Part shown: positions 57,400-64,000 of the stretch, in pieces
How positions within the stretch are numbered: position 1 is the stretch's first letter
How the letters are laid out: each line of letters begins with the position of its first letter
Source: an uncultured Gammaproteobacteria bacterium
Lineage (GTDB): Bacteria; Patescibacteriota; Patescibacteriia; UBA2591; UBA6264
DNA: 64,000 nt
Assembly (NCBI GenBank): GCA_964596735.1
Contig: CAZQVF010000001.1
Location: 9,924-73,923 of the forward strand
Direction of reading: 5' to 3'
Notes under the pieces: model-generated
Told to the model about the DNA's origin: nothing
The model's input: the letters and a program-made list of their open reading frames with translations, nothing else
The model's database searches: none
Position numbers and translations under genes: made by a program

Positions 57400-58057
57400 A
57401 ATTATTGTTGTCACCCCTGCATATAATGAAGAAAAAACAATTGTTGAAGTAATTAATAAGGTTAAACCACTGGTTGATGAAATAGTTATTGTTGATGATG
57501 GCTCAAGTGATCAAACAGTCCAATTAGCCGAACAACAAGGAGTAACTGTTTTGCGACATTTAATAAACCGCGGGCAAGGAGCGGCATTACAAACAGGCAA
57601 TCAATATGCTTTAAAGAATAATGCTGATATTATTGTTCATTTTGACGCTGATGGACAATTTTTAGCTGAAGAAATTAAAGATATTGTTCAACCCTTAGAA
57701 CAAGGTGAGGCAGAAGTGGTTTTTGGCTCTCGTTTTTTAGAAAAGAAATCAGAAATTCCTTGGTTTAAGGAAAAAATAATTCTGCCAATCGGGAGAATAG
57801 TTAATAAATTTTTTGTTGGAAAAAGTTTAACTGATTCGCAGAATGGATTTCGGGCTTTATCAAGAAAAGCAGCAGAAAAAATTAAAATTGAAAATAATGA
57901 AATGGCTCATAACACAGAGATTCAGGCAAAGGTTTTTAAAAATAAATTAAAAGTAAAAGAGGTGCCGGTTACGATCATCTTTAATGATTTTGGTCAACGT
58001 TTTGGCGGGGGAATTAAAATAATTAAAGACCTATTTTTGGCAAAATTAATGGACTAA
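57386..58057 (+). CDS. Family 2 glycosyltransferase (Dpm1/GtrB-like)
   Basis: IVVTPAYNEEKTI, IVDDGSSDQT and DADGQ, the GT-A DxD fold. It is 223 aa and overlaps the upstream gene by 14 nt. Confidence 0.8.
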   Translation: MIKNKIIVVTPAYNEEKTIVEVINKVKPLVDEIVIVDDGSSDQTVQLAEQQGVTVLRHLINRGQGAALQTGNQYALKNNADIIVHFDADGQFLAEEIKDIVQPLEQGEAEVVFGSRFLEKKSEIPWFKEKIILPIGRIVNKFFVGKSLTDSQNGFRALSRKAAEKIKIENNEMAHNTEIQAKVFKNKLKVKEVPVTIIFNDFGQRFGGGIKIIKDLFLAKLMD

Positions 58058-58061
58058 ATTT

Positions 58062-58388
58062 ATGTTTCAACAGATACTTGCTTTAGTTATTATTGCTTTT
58101 TTCTTAATACGGCTTTTTTGGCAAAAACGAAAGAAGCAAATTGGGGCTAATGAATTTATTTTTTGGCTGGTTTTTTGGTGTTTAGCAGCCATTTTAATTC
58201 TTTCTTTAAAGTGGATTGATAAATTGGTAGCCGATTTAGGCTTCTCAGGTATGGGAATAGAAGTCTTACTTTATTTAGGAATAGCCGTCCTATTTTATTT
58301 TATTTTTAGATTAAGATTAAAATTAGAAAAGATAGAAAAAAATATCACCAAGATAATTAGAGAAATGGCCATTAAAGATAAGGAATAA
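58062..58388 (+). CDS. DUF2304-like small membrane protein (GT2-associated)
   Basis: A 108-aa protein with three TM helices. Such proteins are commonly found next to GtrB-like GT2 genes. Confidence 0.45.
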   Translation: MFQQILALVIIAFFLIRLFWQKRKKQIGANEFIFWLVFWCLAAILILSLKWIDKLVADLGFSGMGIEVLLYLGIAVLFYFIFRLRLKLEKIEKNITKIIREMAIKDKE

Positions 58389-59002
58389 TGTCAGAAAATA
58401 TTCTACAGAATAAAGGAGAAAACAAGAAACGGTTTTTTAAAGAAATGTCACCCTTTTTATCTTTTGTTTTTGATGCAATTAAACTAGTTATCCTAGCCTT
58501 TATTATCGTCTGGCCTATTCATCGTTTTGTTTTTCAACCGTTTTATGTTGTCGGACCGTCAATGGAGCCAAGTTTTTATGATAATGAATATTTAATTATT
58601 GAAAAAATTACCTACCGTTTTCGTGAACCAAAGAGAGGAGAAGTAATTGTTTTTCAATCACCATCTAACCCCAAAGATTATTTAATTAAAAGAATTATTG
58701 GTCTGCCAAATGAAAAAATTTTAATTGAAAAAGGCGATGTTTTGATTGAAAATACTCAGTTTGTTCAGGGCCTAGAACTAAAAGAAGACACTTATCTAGC
58801 TTCTGGAACAACGACTCCTGGCCAAATTAATGTTGAATTACAAGATGGTCAATATTATGTTTTAGGTGATAATCGTAACATGAGTTTAGATTCACGGGTT
58901 TTTGGCCCAATAAGTAGGGAGAACATTAGTGGTCGGGCCTGGTTCAGAGGCTGGCCTTTTAAAGAAATTGGCTTAATTAAAATGCCTGTTTTTAGTTATT
59001 AA
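58388..59002 (+). CDS. lepB: Signal peptidase I (S26 family)
   Basis: A TM anchor and catalytic Ser in VVGPSMEPSF. The Lys box is LIKRIIGLPNE. GDNRNMSLDSRVFGPI is also present. Confidence 0.88.
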   Translation: MSENILQNKGENKKRFFKEMSPFLSFVFDAIKLVILAFIIVWPIHRFVFQPFYVVGPSMEPSFYDNEYLIIEKITYRFREPKRGEVIVFQSPSNPKDYLIKRIIGLPNEKILIEKGDVLIENTQFVQGLELKEDTYLASGTTTPGQINVELQDGQYYVLGDNRNMSLDSRVFGPISRENISGRAWFRGWPFKEIGLIKMPVFSY

Positions 59003-59035
59003 TAAGAACCTGCTTTGCAGAACCTTGAAATTAAA
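59002..59035 (+). repeat. 34-bp intergenic element ATAAGAACCTGCTTTGCAGAACCTTGAAATTAAA, copy 3
   Basis: Identical to 11598-11631. It starts inside the lepB stop codon and lies about 50 nt upstream of hisS. Confidence 0.75.
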
Positions 59036-59086
59036 TATTATTATATAAACAGTAAAGTAATTTAATTATAAATAATTAATTAAAAT

Positions 59087-60628
59087 ATGCCTAAAAAAGT
59101 AAAAAAGCCTAAAAAAAGAGTTATTAAAAGGGCAAAGCCTAAAAAAGTTCAAAAGAAAAAAAAGAAATTGATCAAGAAAAAACCCAAAAGGGTTATAAAA
59201 AAGAAAGCAACAAAAAAACCCAAAAGGGTTATAAAAAAACGAATCAGATCAAAAGGCAAGCCGGTTAAAGTAAAAAGGAGAGGAAAATATGTACCACAGG
59301 TTTTAAGAGGGATGAAAGATATTTTGCCCGAAGAAGTAAAGACTTGGAATTATGTTTTTAAAAAAGCGACTGACTTAGCTGAGGCATATGGCTTTAAAAA
59401 GATTATGGTTCCGGTTCTTGAGGAACAAATGCTTTACGTGAAATCTACGGGATTAACTTCTGATATAGTTGGAAAACAAATGTATCAATTTACTGATCGG
59501 AGCGGGACCAAAGTGGCCATGCGCCCTGAATTTACGCCTTCAATTGTTCGGGCATATATTGAACAAGGGATGTTTAATTTGTCTCAACCAGTTAAGCTTT
59601 TTTGTTATGGGCCTCTTTTCCGTTACGAACGACCCCAAGCCGGTCGTTATCGCCAACTCCATCAATTTGATTTAGAAATCTTAGGATCAGAAAAAGCTTC
59701 TATTGATGCTCAAATCATTCTTTTTTCCCAAGCCCTTTTTAATATATTAGGAATTCAAATAGCTATTCAGGTTAATAGCTTGGGTTGTCCAGAATGTCGC
59801 AAGCCTTATCGTTCAAAATTAGTCAGTTATTTTCGGGCAAAACAAAGATGGCTATGTTCTGATTGTCAGAAGAGACTGAAATCAAATCCTTTGAGAATCT
59901 TAGATTGCCAAAACCCTGGTTGTAAAGACTTAATTTCACAAGCCCCTCAGTTAGTAGATGATTTATGTCCAGAATGCCAAAGTCATTTTGTTAAAGTTTT
60001 AGAATATCTTGATGAGGCAGGTGTTATTTATAGGTTAAATCCTTATTTAGTCAGAGGTTTAGATTATTATACCAGAACCGTTTTTGAGATTTGGCCGGAA
60101 CGACCAGAACCAAAAGAACAAAAACAGAAAAAAGAGGAGAACGAACAAGAGGGAGAAGAGAAAAAAGAGAAAGAAATTGTTGTTGCACCTGGCCCCCAAT
60201 CAGCATTAGGTGGGGGAGGAAGATATGATACTTTAATAGAAAGTTTCGGGGGGCGACCATCACCAGCTATTGGAGTAGCTTATGGGTTAGAAAGAATTAT
60301 TCAGGAGATAAAGATACAAAGGGTAAAAATTCCTAAAGTACGCGGGCCATTGATTTTTCTTGCCCAGATTGGTGAAGCCGCCTGCCGCAGAGCTTTAAAA
60401 CTTTTTGAAGATCTTCGCCAACAAGGCTTTAAAGTTGTAGAGAATTTAGGCAAAGATAGTTTAAAGGCCCAAATGGAAATGGCTAATAAATTAGGAGTAA
60501 AATTAACCCTGATTCTTGGCCAGCAAGAAGTTTTAGACAAAACTATTATTATTCGCGACATGCACACAGGCAATCAAGAAATAGTTGATCAAGGAAAAAT
60601 AGCTAAAGAGTTAAAAAGGAGATTGTAA
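59087..60628 (+). CDS. hisS: Histidyl-tRNA synthetase with a Lys-rich N-terminal extension and a Cys4 zinc-ribbon insertion domain
   Basis: The HisRS core motifs are present: RGMKDILPEE, motif 2 FRYERPQAGRYRQLHQFDLEILG, GGGRYD, and an anticodon-binding C-domain. There is an extra N-terminal roughly 65 aa, MPKKVKKPKKRVIKRAKPKKVQKKKKKLIKKKPKRVIKKKATKKPKRVIKKRIRSKGK. The insertion domain carries CPEC...CSDC...CQNPGC...CPEC. A charged EQKQKKEENEQEGEEKKEKE insertion is also present. Confidence 0.85.
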   Translation: MPKKVKKPKKRVIKRAKPKKVQKKKKKLIKKKPKRVIKKKATKKPKRVIKKRIRSKGKPVKVKRRGKYVPQVLRGMKDILPEEVKTWNYVFKKATDLAEAYGFKKIMVPVLEEQMLYVKSTGLTSDIVGKQMYQFTDRSGTKVAMRPEFTPSIVRAYIEQGMFNLSQPVKLFCYGPLFRYERPQAGRYRQLHQFDLEILGSEKASIDAQIILFSQALFNILGIQIAIQVNSLGCPECRKPYRSKLVSYFRAKQRWLCSDCQKRLKSNPLRILDCQNPGCKDLISQAPQLVDDLCPECQSHFVKVLEYLDEAGVIYRLNPYLVRGLDYYTRTVFEIWPERPEPKEQKQKKEENEQEGEEKKEKEIVVAPGPQSALGGGGRYDTLIESFGGRPSPAIGVAYGLERIIQEIKIQRVKIPKVRGPLIFLAQIGEAACRRALKLFEDLRQQGFKVVENLGKDSLKAQMEMANKLGVKLTLILGQQEVLDKTIIIRDMHTGNQEIVDQGKIAKELKRRL

Positions 60629-61866
60629 TGAGAATTCATTTTCATACTTTTGGTTGTAAATTAAATCAAGCGGAGACAGAAGAATTAGAGAAAAGATTTA
60701 AAGACCAAGACTGGCAAATCGTTGATAAAACAAAAGCCAATATTCATTTTATAAACGCCTGTGTGGTAACCCAAAAGGCAGAGAAAGAGGTGAGGCAGTT
60801 GATTCATCTTGTCAAAAGAAAATTTCCATGTTGTTTTTTAGTTGTCGCCGGTTGTTTTACCCCAGAGATGAAAGTTAAGGAAAAACAAAATGTTGATCTT
60901 TGGCTCGAGGACCAAGAAAAGCAAAAAATAGAAAGGATTTTACTAAAGGGTTTAGAAAAAAAGTCTTCAATAAAAAAATCAAAGATAAAAGTAAAAAAAA
61001 GAACCCGTTCTTTAATAAAAATTCAATCAGGTTGTCAGCATTACTGCACTTATTGCATCGTTCCTTTTTTAAGGAAAAAAGTTGTCAGTCGTTCGGCAAA
61101 AAATATTATTGAGGAGATTAAAAGAAAAGAAGAACAAGATTGCCAAGAAATAGTTCTAGTTGGTACTAATATCGGCCTTTATTCTGATCCTAAAAAAGGT
61201 TTAAACTTAACAGATTTATTAAAAGAAATCTTAACAAAGACAAGCATTCCTCGTATTCGACTTTCCTCGCTTTGGCCTACTAATATTAATTCAGAATTGC
61301 TTTCTTTAATTAAAAAAGAGCCTCGTATTTGCCCACATTTTCATTTGTCAGTTCAATCAGCCAGTAATAAAATTTTGAAAAGAATGGACAGACAATATAC
61401 CCAAACAGACTTAAAAAAGATCATTAAAAAAATTTATCAAATCCCCAATGTTAATTTAACCACTGACATGATTGTCGGTTTTCCAAATGAAACGGATTCA
61501 GATTTTGCTCAAACTATGGAATTTATTCAAAAAAGCAAATTTTTAAAAGTACATGTTTTTCGTTTTTCTCCTCGACTTAAAACCAAGGCCGCAGATTTTA
61601 AAGAACAAATTTCAAAACAAGTAAAACAAAGACGCAGCAGAGAATTGATTAAATTAAGTGAAAAAGTTGGTCAACAACGTAGAAAAGATTTTCTTGGCCA
61701 GCAATCATCTGTTTTAGTTGAAACTAAACAGGGAAGATATTGGCAAGGACTAACATCAAACTATTTAAAAGTTTTTATTCAAAGTAAGAAAGATTTAACC
61801 AACAAGGTTATCCAGATTAAATTGGTTTGTTTATACAAAGACGGCATCATTGGTGTTTTAAATTAA
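60628..61866 (+). CDS. Radical-SAM methylthiotransferase, MiaB/MtaB/RimO family
   Basis: MTTase N-domain (IHFHTFGCKLNQAETE), radical-SAM CxxxCxxC (CQHYCTYCIVP) and a C-terminal TRAM-like region. It is 412 aa. Confidence 0.8.
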   Translation: MRIHFHTFGCKLNQAETEELEKRFKDQDWQIVDKTKANIHFINACVVTQKAEKEVRQLIHLVKRKFPCCFLVVAGCFTPEMKVKEKQNVDLWLEDQEKQKIERILLKGLEKKSSIKKSKIKVKKRTRSLIKIQSGCQHYCTYCIVPFLRKKVVSRSAKNIIEEIKRKEEQDCQEIVLVGTNIGLYSDPKKGLNLTDLLKEILTKTSIPRIRLSSLWPTNINSELLSLIKKEPRICPHFHLSVQSASNKILKRMDRQYTQTDLKKIIKKIYQIPNVNLTTDMIVGFPNETDSDFAQTMEFIQKSKFLKVHVFRFSPRLKTKAADFKEQISKQVKQRRSRELIKLSEKVGQQRRKDFLGQQSSVLVETKQGRYWQGLTSNYLKVFIQSKKDLTNKVIQIKLVCLYKDGIIGVLN

Positions 61867-61873
61867 AAAAATA

Positions 61874-63181
61874 ATGCCTTTGACAAAAATTTACAAACGT
61901 GACGGAACCCTTGTTCCTTTTGACAAAGAAAGGATTAGTCGAGCTATCTATAAAGCCTTTGCCGAGGTGTCTCAGCCTGACTTAAAATTAGCCCAAGACC
62001 TTGCTGATAAAGTGGTTGATATTTTAAAACATCAATTTCCCAAAACAACGCCGACAGTAGAAAATATTCAAGATATTGTAGAACAGGTTTTAATCAAACA
62101 GGGACATAATCGATTGGCCAAGGCCTATATCCTTTATCGTCAAAAGCGCAAGGAGATAAGAGAAAAAATGGAAAAAGGAAGAATAGAAAACGTTCCTTAT
62201 CAATCAATTTGGCAGACCTTGGCTTGGAACATGAATCACCAATGTGAAACAGTTGAGAAGTTAAATAAATATGTTAAAGATAAAAAATTAGGCAAGTTAA
62301 TTCAGATAGAAGAGGAAAGATATAATCAAGAGATTTTAAATATCAGTTCTTTAATAAGAAAACAAATAAACCAAATTAAGCTTTTAATTGTTACCGGTCC
62401 TTCTTCTTCAGGGAAAACAACGACGACTGATCGTTTAAGTCAGGAATTAAAAAAGAAAAAAATAAGTTTTGCTAAGCTTAATGTTGATCATTATTTTTAC
62501 AGCCTTAAGGTTTACCTTAAAGACGAATTTGGTGATTTTGACTTTGAGGGGCCTTATGCCCTGGACCTTCCTTTATTAAATCAGCATTTAAAAGATTTAT
62601 TAACAGGGAAAAAAGTAAGGATTCCTCAATATGATTTTAAAACAGGCAGCCGTAAGAAAGAAACAAAAGAGTTTTCCCTTAAATCAAACCAGATTTTATT
62701 AATAGATTCTCATTATGGTATTTATCCTAGATTAACAGAAAGCGTGCCTGATTCTCAGAAGTATAAAGTTTATTTGGAAACACTTTGTCAACTAAAGACA
62801 AAAAATGGTCGTTTTGTCCGCTGGACCGACATTAGACTATTGCGACGAATGATTAGAGATAGTCGAATCAGAGCCTATAACCCAGCAGAAATTGTTGGTC
62901 ACTGGCATTATGTTAGACAAGGAGAATTAAAAAATATTATTCCCTATATCTCCACGGCTGATTATGTATTTAATGCCGCTCTGGCCTATGAATTGCCCAT
63001 TTTAAAACATTATCTTTTTCATTATTTTCCTGAAATCATCAAGATTTATCAAAAAGACAAAAAAAGACAAGACGCTCATTTCCGGGCTAAACGAGTCAAT
63101 GAATTACTTAAAGAAGTTAATGAGTGGCCCAATGATAAGCTTGTTCCTAAAAATTCAATTTTAAGAGAATTTATTGGTTAA
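61874..63181 (+). CDS. ATP-cone domain fused to a uridine-kinase/phosphoribulokinase-family nucleoside kinase
   Basis: The N-terminal ATP-cone, KIYKRDGTLVPFDKERISRAIYKA, is NrdR/RNR-like. The kinase has P-loop IVTGPSSSGKTTTT and the Udk motifs IPQYDFKTGSRK and RRMIRDSRIRAYNPAEIV. Confidence 0.7.
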   Translation: MPLTKIYKRDGTLVPFDKERISRAIYKAFAEVSQPDLKLAQDLADKVVDILKHQFPKTTPTVENIQDIVEQVLIKQGHNRLAKAYILYRQKRKEIREKMEKGRIENVPYQSIWQTLAWNMNHQCETVEKLNKYVKDKKLGKLIQIEEERYNQEILNISSLIRKQINQIKLLIVTGPSSSGKTTTTDRLSQELKKKKISFAKLNVDHYFYSLKVYLKDEFGDFDFEGPYALDLPLLNQHLKDLLTGKKVRIPQYDFKTGSRKKETKEFSLKSNQILLIDSHYGIYPRLTESVPDSQKYKVYLETLCQLKTKNGRFVRWTDIRLLRRMIRDSRIRAYNPAEIVGHWHYVRQGELKNIIPYISTADYVFNAALAYELPILKHYLFHYFPEIIKIYQKDKKRQDAHFRAKRVNELLKEVNEWPNDKLVPKNSILREFIG

Positions 63182-63194
63182 ATAAATTATTTTT

Positions 63195-64000
63195 ATGTCA
63201 AAATCAAGCGCAAAAAATCCATTAGGTAAAGGCGGACGTCAATATCATATTGGCTGTCGTCAAGGGGACTTAGCCCCCTATGTTCTTTTGCCTGGTGACC
63301 CAGGACGTGTTTTAAAAATTTCTGAGAATTGGCAAAGGAAAAAACAAGTTGCTTTTAATCGAGAATATCGTTCTATGACAGGGTATTTTAAAAAAGTTAA
63401 AATTTCTTGTCTTTCTACAGGTATTGGCGCTCCCTCAACAGCGATTGCCATTGAAGAGATGGCTCGTTTAAATGTTAAGACTTTGATTAGGGTGGGCAGT
63501 ACCGGAGCTATTCAAAAAGGAATCAATCCAGGTGATTTAATTATTAATACAGCCGCAGTTCGTTTAGAGGGAACATCAAAAAATTATGTTCAGACAGAAT
63601 ATCCTGCTGTGGCCAATTATGAAGTAGTTTTAGCCTTGATTGAAGCTTGCGAAAAATTAAAATTTAAATATCATTTAGGTATCACTGCTTCTACAGATGC
63701 CTTTTATGTCGGAGAGGGGAGAGAAGGTTTTCAAGGCTATATTCAATCAAAACACAAAAATATTTTACCTGATTTGCAAAAAGCCAAAGTGGTTAACCTT
63801 GAAATGGAAACCTCACTCATCTTTACTTTAGCCAATCTTTATAATTTAAGAGCCGGAGCAATCTGTGCAGTTTTCGACAACCTATTAACTAATAAATGGG
63901 CGGTTAAAGGAGAGAAAGATGTTGGCAAAGTGGCTTCAGAAGCAGTAGTTATTTTTGATCAATGGGATAAAATTAAAAAAAGAAAAAAGAAAAGATATTT
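63195..64000 (+). CDS. Nucleoside phosphorylase, PNP/UDP family (uridine/purine nucleoside phosphorylase-like), 3'-truncated by the window edge
   Basis: GGRQYHIGCRQGDLAPYVLLPGDPGRV ... STGIGAPSTAIAIEEMARLNVKTLIRVGSTGAIQ ... LEMETS. It has the DeoD/Udp-type phosphate- and ribose-binding motifs. There is no stop before position 64000. Confidence 0.7.
   Translation, partial: MSKSSAKNPLGKGGRQYHIGCRQGDLAPYVLLPGDPGRVLKISENWQRKKQVAFNREYRSMTGYFKKVKISCLSTGIGAPSTAIAIEEMARLNVKTLIRVGSTGAIQKGINPGDLIINTAAVRLEGTSKNYVQTEYPAVANYEVVLALIEACEKLKFKYHLGITASTDAFYVGEGREGFQGYIQSKHKNILPDLQKAKVVNLEMETSLIFTLANLYNLRAGAICAVFDNLLTNKWAVKGEKDVGKVASEAVVIFDQWDKIKKRKKKRY

Noticed and set aside
1-64000. CRISPR array / cas genes
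   Set aside because: No regularly spaced direct repeats and no Cas-like ORFs were seen. The only notable short repeats are the 34-bp element (3-4 dispersed copies), the 13-bp tandem at 9618-9643 and the 15-mer pair at 5773/5874.

Overview
This is a 64-kb, AT-rich, gene-dense bacterial chromosome segment using the standard genetic code (TAA/TGA/TAG all act as stops). Many genes lack a clear Shine-Dalgarno sequence, and most of the first 45 kb is on the + strand. Several things point to a small-genome, episymbiont-like lineage, probably Candidate Phyla Radiation / Patescibacteria. That assignment is inference, not verified. The pointers are a type IV pilus operon next to comF, giant secreted repeat proteins, streamlined housekeeping blocks and small proteins.

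Contents in order:
1. 1-1995: a 5'-truncated exported protein with two LamG domains.
2. 1997-5727: ligA-gatC-gatA.
3. 5728-5992: a structured intergenic region.
4. 5993-7021: a class II Fic AMPylase.
5. 7085-8946: a monothiol DsbA-like protein and lgt.
6. 8943-16621: comF(-) followed by pilM-pilN-pilO-small TM-pilB-pilT-like-pilC. The PilT homolog has every catalytic motif degenerate.
7. 16622-17542: tRNA-Val and fpg.
8. 18559-26206: a nine-gene operon with a CsoR operator. It encodes CsoR, thioredoxin and DsbA-like proteins, Cys-rich and His/Met-rich small proteins, an HMA-permease-cupredoxin fusion, mnmA, and the copper P-type ATPase copA.
9. 26255-28127: tRNA-Pro(-), a polytopic transporter and queH.
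10. 30622-44746: a 2312-aa giant surface protein, an ECF sigma/anti-sigma pair, a 1245-aa surface protein and a 470-aa secreted protein. The three secreted proteins share a roughly 170-aa module.
11. 45050-46300: tRNA-His(-) and metK(-).
12. 46537-50665, all on the - strand: a KWG-like gene, a relE/dinJ toxin-antitoxin pair, and a three-gene operon. The operon encodes an orphan PEP-utilizing swivel-domain protein, a histidine-phosphatase-like protein and a Menorin/PLC-like protein. This accessory islet sits between two tRNAs and next to xerC/D.
13. 50889-53177: tRNA-Arg(-), htpX(-), xerC/D-like recombinase(-), vanZ-like(-).
14. 53298-58388: rpsO, a NYN gene, pnp, and a UXS-like / GT2 / DUF2304 glycosylation trio.
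15. 58388-61866: lepB, hisS (with a Lys-rich N-terminal tail and a Zn-ribbon insertion) and a MiaB-family methylthiotransferase.
16. 61874-64000: an ATP-cone fused to a uridine kinase, and a 3'-truncated nucleoside phosphorylase.

A 34-bp element occurs three times almost identically in intergenic positions. I found no CRISPR array, no reverse transcriptase and no rRNA.
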